Positions 10,918 through 21,615 of a stretch of DNA of 64,000 bases are shown piece by piece. Positions within the stretch are counted from its first letter, which is position 1. Every line of letters begins with the position of its first letter. The translations under genes and the position numbers were made by a program. Location: NCBI GenBank assembly GCA_963806225.1, contig CAWDXG010000001.1, forward strand, positions 1,984,001 through 2,048,000, read 5' to 3'. The notes beneath the pieces were generated by a model, which was given only the letters and a program-made list of their open reading frames with translations, ran no database searches and was not told where the DNA came from. The stretch comes from an uncultured delta proteobacterium. GTDB taxonomy: Bacteria > Myxococcota_A > Polyangia > Polyangiales > Polyangiaceae.

Positions 10918-11145
10918 CTAGGCGACCTTGGTGCCGTGGCGCTTCGCGAACGCGACGAGGCCGATCTTGTCGATCGTGCGCAGGTCACGCGTCGTCAGCT
11001 TGAGCGTGACGTAGCGACCCAGCTCGGGAACCCAGAGCCGGCGGCGCTGCACGTTCACGTGCTGCCAGCGCGGCGTCTTGATGTTCGAGTGCGACACGTT
11101 GCGCGCGCTGTGGCGACGCTTGCCGGTGATCTCGCTTCTGGCCAT
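10918..11145 (-). CDS. rpmB: 50S ribosomal protein L28
   Basis: ITGKRRHSARNVSHSNIKTPRWQHVNVQ...LRTIDKIG. Confidence 0.95.
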   Translation of the reverse strand: MARSEITGKRRHSARNVSHSNIKTPRWQHVNVQRRRLWVPELGRYVTLKLTTRDLRTIDKIGLVAFAKRHGTKVA

Positions 11146-11158
11146 GGGGGGCGGGAAG

Positions 11159-12094
11159 CTAGCCCACGGGCCCGTCCTGTTCAAGGCCGGAATCGTCCTC
11201 GTCCACCAGGCGCATCGGGCTCGAGACCCGCCGGGCGTCGCCTGCCAGGGCGGCGGACAGCAGCTGGAACAGCCCCAGGCTGGTGAGCAGCCCGGCGCAC
11301 AGGATGGCCACGGCGGTCGCGGGATAGGTCAACCAGCCGGTGTCCCCCTCGGCCAGCGGCGTCAGCTGCCGGACCGCGATCTCCAGGGGCAGCACTGCCA
11401 GGACCAGCGCTGCCCAGACCGTCCCGGCGCCGGTCGTGCCCTCGCCCATGAACCCGAGCAGGCTGCAGCCGATCACCACCACGTCGGCCCCGGCGGCAAT
11501 GCGGGGCAGCAGCGCGGCCGCCGGATTGATGGCCAGCATCACCTCCACCACCACGAAGGGCAGAGCCAGCGCCAGCGCGGCGGCCAGCATCACCCTGGCC
11601 CGCCGGTAGGCGCGGTAGTGGGCCCGGAACAGCAGGGCTGCCGGCAGGGCCGTCAGCGTCACCAGCCGCCCCAGATCCCGCAGCAGGCCCCCGTCCACAG
11701 CGATGCCTGCCATCGGGCCCGCGCCGCGGAAGCCCAGCGCCATCAGCGCCGCGCCCAGCAGGAAGGCGACACCAGCTCTGAGCGCGTAGGGGAACGGGAG
11801 CAGGGCCAGGGCCCCCAGGGCGCCTGCCGCCGAGAACGACAGCGTCGACGAATCCAGCCGCTCTGTCGGCACACCGACCCCATGCCGGAAGGCCAGGCCC
11901 AGCGCGACCAGCAGCGCGGCCGCCACCACCAGCCAGATCCGGATCGCCTGGCGTGCGGGTTCCTTCGGGGCCAGCTCGTCCCGAAGCACCTCGGACGCCA
12001 GCAGGGGCTTGGGGGTCCCGGTAGCGGAAAGTGCCTGGTGGACGCCCGATGTCGGGCCCCGCTGGGCGGCGGCAGTCGAGGGTTCCGATGCCAT
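11159..12094 (-). CDS. Multi-pass membrane protein, unknown function
   Basis: 311-aa ORF with about 8 hydrophobic segments. Confidence 0.75.
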   Translation of the reverse strand: MASEPSTAAAQRGPTSGVHQALSATGTPKPLLASEVLRDELAPKEPARQAIRIWLVVAAALLVALGLAFRHGVGVPTERLDSSTLSFSAAGALGALALLPFPYALRAGVAFLLGAALMALGFRGAGPMAGIAVDGGLLRDLGRLVTLTALPAALLFRAHYRAYRRARVMLAAALALALPFVVVEVMLAINPAAALLPRIAAGADVVVIGCSLLGFMGEGTTGAGTVWAALVLAVLPLEIAVRQLTPLAEGDTGWLTYPATAVAILCAGLLTSLGLFQLLSAALAGDARRVSSPMRLVDEDDSGLEQDGPVG

Positions 12095-12123
12095 CAGAGG
12101 TTGGGGGAGCGAACGTTAGGCGT

Positions 12124-13012
12124 TCATGCTAGCGCCAGCTGCCCCAGGCGGGCTACCAGCGTTCGGCAGAACGACTGCACCTTGCTGAAATCACTCAGCA
12201 TTTCTAGCAAGCGTCTTCTCGTCCATGTACAGCCTGCGCGCCAACTCCACCTGCACCGCGTGCACCCCGTCGCCGGGGCGGCCGTAGTGCGTGGTGCTGT
12301 AACCGCCCCGGTAGGGGTCGTCGTGGGACACGCTCCAGCCGAGCTCTCCGGCTACCCGCTCCGGCGTCAGGATCACCTCGGGGGCCGCCGAGGTGCGCCC
12401 CCGGCTGCCCGGCACGACATCGGCCCGGACGCGGCCCGGGTCGCTGTGTCCCGAACGGCCCCGGCTGGGCATGGAGTGCCCGCAGAGCAGGATGGCGAAG
12501 CCGAAGCGGCGGCGCTTGTCCTCGAGGAGCTCGCGCAGCGTGTTGTGGTAGGGCCGGTAGATCTGCTCCAGGCGCCGTTCCAGCTCCGCGCGGGGCAGGG
12601 GACCGGCGATGGCCGGCAGGGCCTCGGTAGTGGTGCGCCAGACCAGTCCGTGCGGCGTGGAGCGCGCGTTGCCGCCCTCGGCCGTCAGCGCGTCAACGTC
12701 ACCTTCACCGCGGTTCAGGTCGCAGACATAGCGGCTGACCCGGGAGGCGAGCAGCGTCGCGCCTTCGAGCGGCGCTGCGGCGTACAGCTCGTCGACGTAC
12801 AGATCCGCGTCGAAACCCAGCGCCCGGGCGGGCGCCTCCAGGGTTGCCAGCGATTGCGGGTCGACGGACAGGCCGGCGTGCGGCACCTCGACGACCACCG
12901 GGATTTCCGCTGCCTGGGGCTCTTGCACGGAAAAGAACACGAAAGACCTCGCGCGAGCTTCTAGCACAGTCGTCCGCCATTGGCTGTCGGTCAGCGGGGG
13001 TTGGGGGGGCAC
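12124..13012 (-). CDS. N-formylglutamate amidohydrolase (C-terminal frameshift near 12192)
   Basis: VEVPHAG, DADLYVDELY, SRYVCDLNR, PYH, CGHSMPS, PYRGGY, VQVELARRLYMDE; start uncertain. Confidence 0.88.
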
Positions 13013-13066
13013 CCCGCGAGGTCCCGGAGCAGGCCCACCCCGCCCGTCGCAGCAGCCCGCGCCGCG

Positions 13067-13987
13067 CTATCCGCGCGGATGCGAGCGCTGGTGCGCGCGG
13101 CGTACGTGGTCTCGGTTGACGTGGGTGTAGATCTCCGTCGTCGCTACGTCCGCATGGCCGAGCAGGGTCTGCACGCTGCGCAGATCGGCGCCCCCGGCGA
13201 GCAGGTGGGTCGCGAAGGAGTGGCGGAGCTGGTGCGGGTACACGCTGCCGCGGATGCCGGCGGCGCGGGCGTAGCGCCGCACCGCCTTCCAGAATGCCTG
13301 CCGGGTGAGCGCGCCGCCGCGCGGCGACAGGAACAGCACGTCATCCATCTCCCGCGCGCTGGCGCCGCGGCGCTCGGCGGCCTTGCGGGCCTGTGCCTGC
13401 CGCTGGACGAGGTAGGCGTCGAGGTGCGTGAGCGAGATCTCGCCGAGCGGAACCAGGCGGCGCTTGCCACCCTTGCCGAACGCGGCGACCACGCCGCGCT
13501 GCGAGTCGACATCGCCGAGCTTCAAGCCGCAGAGCTCGCTCACGCGCAGCCCGGCGGCGTACGCAAGGCTGAGCATGGCGCGGTCGCGCAGGCCGCGCAG
13601 GGTGTTGGTGTCGGGCGTCTCGATCAGGCGCACCAGGTCGTGCTCGCTCAACGCGTGCGGCAGGCGGCGGCCGAAGCGCGGTCTGGCCGACTGCGACGTG
13701 GGATCGGCGGACAGGACGCCCTCTCGCACGAGGAAGCGCATCAGGCCGCGAGCGGCGGAGAGGTGCCGGGCGGTGCTGCGGGCGCCGAGACCGCTCTTGG
13801 CGAGGGAGCCGAGCCAGGCACTCAGGAGGCCGGGGTCGAGGCCGTCGGGCGCGGACACGCCCTGCGTCTCGGCGAAGGCGACGAGCTTCGCGAGATCGCG
13901 GGCGTAGGCCTGGACGGTGTGCGGCGAGAGGGCGCGTTCGACGCGGAGGTGGTCGAGGAAGAGGTCGACGAGGGCGTCGAGGGTCAC
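13067..13987 (-). CDS. xerD: Site-specific tyrosine recombinase XerD
   Basis: ERALSPHTVQAYARDL, RDRAMLSLAYAAGLRVSEL, GKGGKRRLVP, TRQAFW, PHQLRHSFATHLL...LLGHADVATTEIYTHV. Confidence 0.92.
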   Translation of the reverse strand: MTLDALVDLFLDHLRVERALSPHTVQAYARDLAKLVAFAETQGVSAPDGLDPGLLSAWLGSLAKSGLGARSTARHLSAARGLMRFLVREGVLSADPTSQSARPRFGRRLPHALSEHDLVRLIETPDTNTLRGLRDRAMLSLAYAAGLRVSELCGLKLGDVDSQRGVVAAFGKGGKRRLVPLGEISLTHLDAYLVQRQAQARKAAERRGASAREMDDVLFLSPRGGALTRQAFWKAVRRYARAAGIRGSVYPHQLRHSFATHLLAGGADLRSVQTLLGHADVATTEIYTHVNRDHVRRAHQRSHPRG

Positions 13988-14161
13988 GGAGTACAGGGTA
14001 TCTGCGCAGCGGCGGGCAGGCCAGAATTGGGCGCGGCCTAGGCTCGCACCGCTTCGCTCGCTGGCTCGCTGGCTCGGGGCGGGTCCGGGTTGCGGGTGCG
14101 GGTGCGGGTGCAGGGGCGGGCGCGATGCGGTGTTGGTGCGCCGGCGTCCACGCGCGCGGTA

Positions 14162-14817
14162 CGCGGCGACATTCAGGAGGGGATAACCGGTTATGTGGGG
14201 GCGAAGTGTCGTCGAGCGTCGGGTCGCGGCGGCGCGCGGCGACATTCAGGAGGGGATAACCGGTTATGTGGGGGCGAAGTGTCGTCGAGCGTCGGGTCGC
14301 GGCGGCGCGCGGCGACATTCAGGAGGGGATAACCGGTTATGTGGGGGCGAAGTGTCGTCGAGCGTCGGGTCGCGGCGGCGCGCGGCGACATTCAGGAGGG
14401 GATAACCGGTTATGTGGGGGCGAAGTGTCGTCGAGCGTCGGGTCGCGGCGGCGCGCGGCGACATTCAGGAGGGGATAACCGGTTATGTGGGGGCGAAGTG
14501 TCGTCGAGCGTCGGGTCGCGGCGGCGCGCGGCGACATTCAGGAGGGGATAACCGGTTATGTGGGGGCGAAGTGTCGTCGAGCGTCGGGTCGCGGCGGCGC
14601 GCGGCGACATCCAGGAGGGGATAACCGGTTATGTGGGGGCGAAGTGTCGTCGAGCGTCGGGTCGCGGCGGCGCGCGGCGACATCCAGGAGGGGATAACCG
14701 GTTATGTGGGGGCGAAGTGTCGTCGAGCGTCGGGTCGCGGCGGCGCGCGGCGACATTCAGGAGGGGATAACCGGTTATGTGGGGGTGAAGTGTCGTCGAG
14801 CGTCGGGTCGCGGCGGC
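14162..14817. repeat. Tandem array, 9 x 73 bp, with central palindrome ATAACCGGTTAT
   Basis: Unit CGCGGCGACATTCAGGAGGGGATAACCGGTTATGTGGGGGCGAAGTGTCGTCGAGCGTCGGGTCGCGGCGGCG; single substitutions in units 7, 8 and 9. Confidence 0.97.
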
Positions 14818-14818
14818 T

Positions 14819-15580
14819 TCAGCCTGCCGCGACGAGCTCGCGCAGCAGCGGCTCCGGGTCGTCCTGGCGCATCAGCGTTTCGCCGACCAGCGCGGCGTCC
14901 GCTGGCGAGGCCGCCACGCGCGTCACGTCCGCTGGCGCGGCGATGCCCGAGAGGTGTACCCGCGTTACCGCGGCGGGCAGTGTCGCGAGCACGCGTGCGG
15001 CGCGCTCGCCGTCCATCTCCAGCGTGTCGAGATCGCGCGCATTGACGCCGACGAGATCGGCGCCTGCGTCGAGGGCGCGCGCGGCCTCGTCCTCCGTGAC
15101 GACCTCGACGAGCGGCACGAGCTGCCGTGCGCGCGCGGCGGCTATCATCGGAGCGAGCTTGCCGGGTGGGAGGCAACGCACGATCACGAGCACGGCGTCC
15201 GCTCCGAACGCGCGCGCGGCATCGAGCTGCGCCTCTTCGATCACGAACTCCTTGCACAGGATCGGCAGCTCGCAGGCGGCGCGGGCCTCGGCGAGGTGCT
15301 CCCAGGCGCCGTCGAAGAACTGCCGGTCGGCGAGCACGCTCAGCATGCGCGCGCCGGCGCGCTCGTAGGCCGCCGCGCGCTCTGGCACACCGAGCCGCGT
15401 GGACAGCGCGCCGGCCGAGGGCGAGCGGCGTTTGATCTCCGCGATCAGTCGCAGCGGCTCGCCAGCGGGCCGCGACAGCTGCACCCGGCGGAGCTCGCTG
15501 GGAGGGCTCGGCAGCCGCCTTTCGCGGAGCGCGGCGACCTCGTCGCGTTTGACGGACAGGATGCGCTCGAGCACGGTCAA
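14819..15580 (-). CDS. trpC: Indole-3-glycerol phosphate synthase
   Basis: LIAEIKRRSPSAG, LSVLAD, PILCKEF, GVNARDL; TTGA overlap with trpD. Confidence 0.95.
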   Translation of the reverse strand: MTVLERILSVKRDEVAALRERRLPSPPSELRRVQLSRPAGEPLRLIAEIKRRSPSAGALSTRLGVPERAAAYERAGARMLSVLADRQFFDGAWEHLAEARAACELPILCKEFVIEEAQLDAARAFGADAVLVIVRCLPPGKLAPMIAAARARQLVPLVEVVTEDEAARALDAGADLVGVNARDLDTLEMDGERAARVLATLPAAVTRVHLSGIAAPADVTRVAASPADAALVGETLMRQDDPEPLLRELVAAG

Positions 15581-16617
15581 TCCGTCGGTGCGCGATGCTT
15601 CTCTGTTGCGGCGCGCCAGCGATCGAGCGCGCGCGCGGCCGCGCCGGTCTCCAGGGTTTCGCGCACTCGATCGACTGCGGCGCGCGCCGGGAGCTCTTCG
15701 GCGACGACCAGCGCCGCCGCGGCGTTGAGCACGAATGCGTCCGTAGCCGGGTGCGGTCTGCCCGACAGCACCTCGCGCAGGATGCCCGCGTTGTGCGCGG
15801 CGTCGCCACCGGCGATCGCACCCTCGGCGCTCGGCTGCAGACCGAAATCCTCCGGCGCGATCCGGTGTTCGGTGAGCGAGCCGCCTGATAGCTCGGTGAC
15901 GCGCGTCGCGCCGAAGGGGCTCACCTCGTCCAGGCCGTCCTCGCCGCGCACCACCCACGCACGCTGGACGCCGAGCGTGCGGAGCGTCTCCGCCAACACC
16001 GGGCGCACGCTGTCGTCGTAGGCGCCGAGCAGCTGGTGCGTCGCCCGGGCCGGGTTCGCGAGCGGACCGAGCAGGTTGAAGATGGTGCGGATGCCGAGCT
16101 CCCGCCGGGCGACCCCGCCGTGACGCATCGCCGGGTGGTGCGCCGGTGCCATCAGGAACGCGATGTTCGCCTCGCGGAGCACGTCGGCGGCCGCGTGCGG
16201 CGGCAGATCGAGCGGGAGCCCCAGCGCTTCCAGCACGTCGGCGCTGCCGGCGCGGCTCGACACGGCGCGGTTGCCGTGCTTCGCGACCGGTACGCCCGCG
16301 GCGGCCACGATGATCGCGGCGCCGGTCGACAGATTCACCGTGCCGAGCCCGTCGCCGCCGGTGCCGCAGGTGTCGAGCAAGCGTGACAGTCCGTGATCCA
16401 CCCCCAGCATGGCAGCGCGCATCGACTCCACCGCGGCGGCGATGACCGGGGCGGACTCGCCGCGCATGCGCAGCGAGACGGCGAAGCCGGCCACCTGCAC
16501 CGGCGTCCAGTCGCCGGCCAGGATCGCGTCGAACACCCGGCGCACCGTTTCCGGCGAGATACCCGCCGGACTGGAGAGCTCGGCATACACTTCGGAAAAC
16601 CGCGGGGCTTCGCTCAC
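15577..16617 (-). CDS. trpD: Anthranilate phosphoribosyltransferase
   Basis: [44 protein letters not shown]. Confidence 0.97.
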   Translation of the reverse strand: MSEAPRFSEVYAELSSPAGISPETVRRVFDAILAGDWTPVQVAGFAVSLRMRGESAPVIAAAVESMRAAMLGVDHGLSRLLDTCGTGGDGLGTVNLSTGAAIIVAAAGVPVAKHGNRAVSSRAGSADVLEALGLPLDLPPHAAADVLREANIAFLMAPAHHPAMRHGGVARRELGIRTIFNLLGPLANPARATHQLLGAYDDSVRPVLAETLRTLGVQRAWVVRGEDGLDEVSPFGATRVTELSGGSLTEHRIAPEDFGLQPSAEGAIAGGDAAHNAGILREVLSGRPHPATDAFVLNAAAALVVAEELPARAAVDRVRETLETGAAARALDRWRAATEKHRAPTD

Positions 16618-17189
16618 GACGCCTCCAGCCAGTTGGAAAGCAGCTTCATCCCATGCGCGGTCAGGATCGACTCGGGATGGAACTGCATGCCCTCCACGTC
16701 CAGGCTCCGGTGCCTCAGGCCCATGATCTCCCCCTCGCTGGTCCAGGCGCTGATTTCCAGGCAGCCCGGCAGGCTCTCACGCTCCACGATGAGTGAATGA
16801 TAGCGCGTCGCCTCGAAGGGGCAGGGGAGCTCCCGGAACACGCCGCGGCCGTCGTGCTCGATGGGCGAGGTCTTGCCGTGCATGAGCCGCGCCGCCCGCA
16901 CGACGCGCCCGCCGAACGCCTGCGCGATGGCCTGGTGCCCCAGACACACGCCCAGCAGCGGCACCTTGCCGGCCAGCGCGTCGATCGTGGCCAGCGTGAT
17001 GCCGGCGTCGTCCGGCGTGCCCGGCCCCGGCGACAGCAGCACGCCGTCGGGGGCGGCTGCGGCAATGGCTTCGGGCGTGGTGCGATCGTTCAGGCGCACG
17101 TCGCAGCTCGCGCCAAGCGTTTCGAGATACTGCACGAGATTGTAGGTAAACGAGTCGTAGTTATCGACCACCACGACGCGCTTCTTCAC
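16614..17189 (-). CDS. trpG: Anthranilate/aminodeoxychorismate synthase component II
   Basis: [28 protein letters not shown]. Confidence 0.93.
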   Translation of the reverse strand: MKKRVVVVDNYDSFTYNLVQYLETLGASCDVRLNDRTTPEAIAAAAPDGVLLSPGPGTPDDAGITLATIDALAGKVPLLGVCLGHQAIAQAFGGRVVRAARLMHGKTSPIEHDGRGVFRELPCPFEATRYHSLIVERESLPGCLEISAWTSEGEIMGLRHRSLDVEGMQFHPESILTAHGMKLLSNWLEAS

Positions 17190-17276
17190 GCCCCGGAGCG
17201 TGGCATCGGCCCGGGGCCCGGTCAATCTGACGCAGAAACTGGGGCCTCCCGCACCGGTCCCGATACGATCACGTCC

Positions 17277-17582
17277 ATGTTCGACCGCCGCCACGCCTTC
17301 CGTAGACCCATCGATATGTTCTTCAACAAGTTCCTCGATGGGCATCCGTATCTGTGCCGCTCCGTGGACCTATCGCCGGGCGGGCTTCTCGCCGTGACCT
17401 TCTCCGAGCCCCGCTCCATCCGCGGCTCGTTCCCCCTCGAGTTGCGGCTGCCCGGTGACGAGGCGGACAGCCTCTGGATCTGGGCGCGTGGGGTGTGGAG
17501 GCAGGGCACGCGCCAGGCGATCGAGTTCGTGGGCCTCGATGCCGGAGACCGCGAGCGCCTCGACTGCTACCTCATGAGCTGA
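17277..17582 (+). CDS. Stand-alone PilZ-domain protein
   Basis: RxxxR (DRRHAFRR) and DxSxxG (DLSPGG) c-di-GMP-binding motifs. Confidence 0.8.
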   Translation: MFDRRHAFRRPIDMFFNKFLDGHPYLCRSVDLSPGGLLAVTFSEPRSIRGSFPLELRLPGDEADSLWIWARGVWRQGTRQAIEFVGLDAGDRERLDCYLMS

Positions 17583-17625
17583 TCGTTTCCATCCCACCCA
17601 CCCCCGCCGTCGGCTTGCTCGTCGG

Positions 17626-18501
17626 CTAGTAGCCGTGCTCGCGGAAGAACTTCTCGATGCGGAGGTTCACGAGCTCGGGGTATTCGACGGCCGTGTAGTG
17701 CGTGGCGCCGCGCACCACGAGGATCTCTCCGCCCGGCACTCGCCGGGCCATCTGCTGGGCCAGCTGGCGCGGCGTGAAGGCGTCGCGGTCGCCGGTGATG
17801 ACCAGCGTGGGTACCTCGATGCGTTCGAGCACGTCGGACGCATCGTGGTCGCCGAGCGAGCGCAGGATGCGCATGTACACGTCCAGGTCGAGCGTCGCGA
17901 ACTCCTGCGCCAGCTCGCGGAACAGATCCTCGTCCAGCGTGTTGCCCGCCAGCCGGAGCCGCTTCAGCCACAGCACCGTCTCGGGCCAGCGGCTGGCCCG
18001 CCGGAGCACCGCCGAGCCCAGCTCGTGGAAGCGCCGGACCTGTTCGATGGCGCCGGGGATGAGCCGGGACGCCATCGGGATCGCCACCGTGTGCAGCGGG
18101 CGGCCGAACGTGCCGTTGATGAGCACCAGGTGGCTCACCCGCTCGGGGTGGCGGGCGTACAGCTCGAGCAGCACCTGCACGCCCATGCTCCAGCCGATGA
18201 ACGCGGCGCGTTCGATGCCGGTGGCATCGAGCACCCGCTCCAGATCGTCGACATGCGCCGGGACGTCGACCCGCGGCGGGTCGCCGGGCGGCCGGGACGA
18301 TCCGTACAGTCCGCGATAGTCCCAGCTCACGATCCGGTGGCGGCCGCGCAGGTACTCGATCTGGTGGCGCCAGGCCGTGACCGAGCCACCCAGACCGTTG
18401 GCCAGAACGACCGGCAGGCCGTCGCCAGCGGTGTCGTGGTAGGCGAGGGTGGTACCGTCTGCCGTCTCCAGCGTGTGGGTCTCGAGCTCGAGGGGGGCCA
18501 T
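17626..18501 (-). CDS. Alpha/beta hydrolase
   Basis: GWSMG nucleophile elbow, WDYRGLYGS, ITGDRD, ATH. Confidence 0.9.
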   Translation of the reverse strand: MAPLELETHTLETADGTTLAYHDTAGDGLPVVLANGLGGSVTAWRHQIEYLRGRHRIVSWDYRGLYGSSRPPGDPPRVDVPAHVDDLERVLDATGIERAAFIGWSMGVQVLLELYARHPERVSHLVLINGTFGRPLHTVAIPMASRLIPGAIEQVRRFHELGSAVLRRASRWPETVLWLKRLRLAGNTLDEDLFRELAQEFATLDLDVYMRILRSLGDHDASDVLERIEVPTLVITGDRDAFTPRQLAQQMARRVPGGEILVVRGATHYTAVEYPELVNLRIEKFFREHGY

Positions 18502-18708
18502 GCGGGCGTGGCATCCAAGCCCGTCACGGGCCGCGCGGCAAGGGCGGCGAGCCCCGGGCGGCCCAACGGTCAATGCGCCTCCGGGGTCGAACGGAGCCGA
18601 CCCGAAGATTCAATCTTGCCGGCTGGTTGTTCGACCGCTACTGTGCCGCCCAATCGCCGCGGCACGTCGCCGTTTCCCTGCGACAACCCCCGCAGACACG
18701 ATAGCTCG

Positions 18709-19842
18709 ATGGCCGACGAAAAGAAGCCCAGAATAGATCTCAAGGCCCGCCTCGGGAAGAAGACCGTCACCACGCCGGGAGGTCCTTCCATTCCCCCTCC
18801 GGTAGGGATCCCCAAGCCTAGCGGGGTTCCCGTTCCGCCGTTCGGTTCGCAGAGGCAGGCGGCACCGAAGGTAGACGCGTCCGACCCCTACGCTGCCATC
18901 TCGGCGGATGCCGCGCCGACTCGTTCCGAGCCGCAGGCCATCAAGGTCGAGATGAGCGAGGAGGTGGTCGCCGCGCAGAAGAAGGGGCGCGCGCGCATCA
19001 TCGTGCTCGCGGCTGCCGCGGCTGTCGTGGGCGGCGCCATCGGTTTCTCGATCGGCAGCGGCGTGGAGCGCGGCAAGGGCGCCGACAAGGCGATCGCCGG
19101 CGCGCAGACCCTGGTGAAGAAGGTCGACAAGGCCAACCAGGAGCTGGAAAGCCTCTCGGAGGTGCTGAAGTCCGCCAAGGAGAAGCTCGCGGACAACAAG
19201 TACCCGGAAGAGGCGGTCAAGAAGCTCGGCGGCATCGACATCCCCTTCACCGGGACGGATCTCGTCGGAATGGGCATCGGCCGCTTCAAGCCGGAAGTCG
19301 TGACGATGCTGGTGTCGTTCGCCAGCGGCGCGGCGGCGGCCAATGATCAGAAGGACAGGATCCGCAGCGTGCTGACCGGCGCCAAGCCGGCCATCACCGA
19401 CTTCCTGTCGCAGAAGTCGAACCCCAAGGTGCGCTGGTCGATGTACCTGCAGACCGGTCCGTATGGCCCCTGGGCGGTGATGCAGCCGCTTCCGAAGCCG
19501 TTCCTCGTCAAGCAGGACAAGAGCGCGAAGGACGACAAGAAGCCCTACAAGTGGCCCGAGAAGTTCGACATCAAGGACAGCGGCAAGACGTACCACCTGA
19601 AGCGCTACACCGGCGGCGACCCCACCAAGGGTGGCGGTGACCCGAAGATCATCCCGGTGGATCCGAGCTCGCAGGGTTCGGTGTGCCCGTCCGACGTGCT
19701 CATCAAGCTGCGGAGCGAGCTCGGCAAGATGCAGCAGACGCTGCAGGGCGACAAGACGCCCGGCCAAGAGAAGCAGGGGCTTATCGACACCGGCAAGATT
19801 CTGGTCGAGAAGCTCAAGGGCATCGGCGCGCCCTCGGGCTGA
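18709..19842 (+). CDS. Single-pass membrane hypothetical protein
   Basis: Pro-rich N-terminus, one TM helix, coiled-coil region, strong codon bias. Confidence 0.8.
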   Translation: MADEKKPRIDLKARLGKKTVTTPGGPSIPPPVGIPKPSGVPVPPFGSQRQAAPKVDASDPYAAISADAAPTRSEPQAIKVEMSEEVVAAQKKGRARIIVLAAAAAVVGGAIGFSIGSGVERGKGADKAIAGAQTLVKKVDKANQELESLSEVLKSAKEKLADNKYPEEAVKKLGGIDIPFTGTDLVGMGIGRFKPEVVTMLVSFASGAAAANDQKDRIRSVLTGAKPAITDFLSQKSNPKVRWSMYLQTGPYGPWAVMQPLPKPFLVKQDKSAKDDKKPYKWPEKFDIKDSGKTYHLKRYTGGDPTKGGGDPKIIPVDPSSQGSVCPSDVLIKLRSELGKMQQTLQGDKTPGQEKQGLIDTGKILVEKLKGIGAPSG

Positions 19843-19860
19843 GCTCCCGCCCCCGGTGGA

Positions 19861-20196
19861 TCAGCGCGGCACGCGGCCGAAGGCGACGCCGGAGTCGTCG
19901 GCCTGGATGTCGGTGTAGCCGCGGGCGAGCAGCGCGGTGCAACGCACCGCGAGCGGCACGCCGGCCCGGCGCCGGCCAGCGATCAGGCCGAACAACCTGC
20001 GGCTTGCGGCGGGGCCGGCGCCCAGCGCCACCCAGCTGCCGGGAGCGAGCGTCGACGGGTCGGGCAGCTGCCCGGACAGCAGCCTCAACAGACCGTCGCC
20101 GTACTCCGCTCCGGGCTCGGGGTGCAGGAAGAGCGCCGCGTGCTCGCCGGGTGCGAGCGGCACGCTGCCGTCGGCTGCCTCCCCGCGACGCGTCAT
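19861..20196 (-). CDS. Hypothetical protein
   Basis: ATGA overlap with the upstream hemolysin-family gene. Confidence 0.5.
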   Translation of the reverse strand: MTRRGEAADGSVPLAPGEHAALFLHPEPGAEYGDGLLRLLSGQLPDPSTLAPGSWVALGAGPAASRRLFGLIAGRRRAGVPLAVRCTALLARGYTDIQADDSGVAFGRVPR

Positions 20197-21509
20197 GCGG
20201 CGGTCATGCGGGAGGAGCGGGGCGACACCGACTCCTTGGATGACGAGCGCACGATCTCCACGCGCGCCACGCACCGCTCGTCGGCTTCACGCACCAGGAA
20301 GTCGAGGCCAAGGGCCGACAGGCGGGCGCCAACGCGCGGGACGCGCCCGAGCTGGTCGACGATGAATCCGCCGAGCGAGTTGTAGTCGCCGTCTTCCGGG
20401 AACTCGGCCCCGAGGTAGTCGCTCAGATCGTCGATCGGCACGCTCGCATCCACGAGCAGTCGCCCGTCGCCCAGGTCCACGATCGGCGCTTCGTCCTCGT
20501 CGTGCTCGTCCTGGATGTCGCCGACGATCTCCTCGATCAGGTCTTCCAGAGTCACGATCCCCGACATGCCTCCGAACTCGTCGATCACGATCGCCATGTG
20601 CTGGCGCAGCGCGCGCATGTCCTTGAGCACGCTGGAAGCGGACTGGCCCTCGGGCACGTAGACGGCCGGGCCGCGCACGATGTCCGTGAACGCTAGCTGC
20701 TCCAGATCGCCCGACGCCAGGTGGCTGGTCAGATCCTTGACGTGCAGGATCCCGACCACGTTGTCGATGCGCTCGCGGAACACCGGGTAGCGGGAGTGGC
20801 CGTTTTCGACGACCAGGCGCAACAGCTCGTCCGTCGGAGTCTCGATGTCGAAGGCGGTGACGCGCGTACGCGGCACCATCAGCTCGCCGGCCGTTAGATC
20901 GCCGAAGTCGAGCACGTTGCGGATCATCTCCGACTGTTCGTGATCGAGCGAGCCGTTCAGCTCGCCTTCGTTGACGATGATCTCGACCTCGGTCTCGGTC
21001 ATCCGCGGCGAGATGGCCGGCCGCGCCAGGAGCCCGCCGAATATCTCGCCCAGCCACACGATGGGTGCCGCCAGCGGCGCCACGACCATTTCCAGCGGCC
21101 ACAGCAAGCGCAGCAGCAGGGGCGCCGAGCGTTCGGCGGTGCGCGCCGCCATCACCCGGCCGATCTCGGCCGGGACGGCATAGGCCAGGAGCGCGAGGAG
21201 CGCGGCCAGCTCCGGCAGCCAGCCGCCGAGCGAGTGCGGCAGGAGCTGGCCGATGAGCAGCGCGCTCACCGCGATGCCGAGCACGCGCAGCACCAGCCAG
21301 CGCGACTCGATCGCCTCGCCGTGGTCGAGGTAGCGCGCGATCGCATGACGCGGACGCCCCTCCAGTGCGTCGCGGAGCGCGGCCTTGCGGGCTCCCGACA
21401 GCGCGCTGAGCGCCGCGTTGGCTGCCGCGAACACGGCGGCGCCCAGAGCGGGCAACACGGCGACAGCGAGGTGGGTGGCTAGTGGTTCTGGTGGAGAAGC
21501 TGGGTCCAA
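20193..21509 (-). CDS. HlyC/CorC (hemolysin) family CBS-domain membrane protein
   Basis: N-terminal TMs, MVPRT, HSRYPV, AIVIDEFGGMSGIVTLEDLIEEIVGDIQDEHD; start uncertain. Confidence 0.92.
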   Translation of the reverse strand: MDPASPPEPLATHLAVAVLPALGAAVFAAANAALSALSGARKAALRDALEGRPRHAIARYLDHGEAIESRWLVLRVLGIAVSALLIGQLLPHSLGGWLPELAALLALLAYAVPAEIGRVMAARTAERSAPLLLRLLWPLEMVVAPLAAPIVWLGEIFGGLLARPAISPRMTETEVEIIVNEGELNGSLDHEQSEMIRNVLDFGDLTAGELMVPRTRVTAFDIETPTDELLRLVVENGHSRYPVFRERIDNVVGILHVKDLTSHLASGDLEQLAFTDIVRGPAVYVPEGQSASSVLKDMRALRQHMAIVIDEFGGMSGIVTLEDLIEEIVGDIQDEHDEDEAPIVDLGDGRLLVDASVPIDDLSDYLGAEFPEDGDYNSLGGFIVDQLGRVPRVGARLSALGLDFLVREADERCVARVEIVRSSSKESVSPRSSRMTAA

Positions 21510-21615
21510 CGGTTTCTTTTTTCGGGTGCGGCTCGGCACCCATCCCCCGAGACCAAATCTAGCGTTCCGGAGACCGGGCGCGCAACCCGCGCAGCAATGT
21601 GTCCGATGAGGGGCC

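Noticed and set aside
13988..14317. Extended XerD N-terminus and repeat-encoded peptides
   Set aside because: XerD similarity begins at 13987; the upstream starts come from the repeat.
14162..14817. CRISPR array (GGGGATAACCG resembles a type I-E repeat end)
   Set aside because: Units are near-identical over all 73 bp, with no unique spacers and no cas genes.
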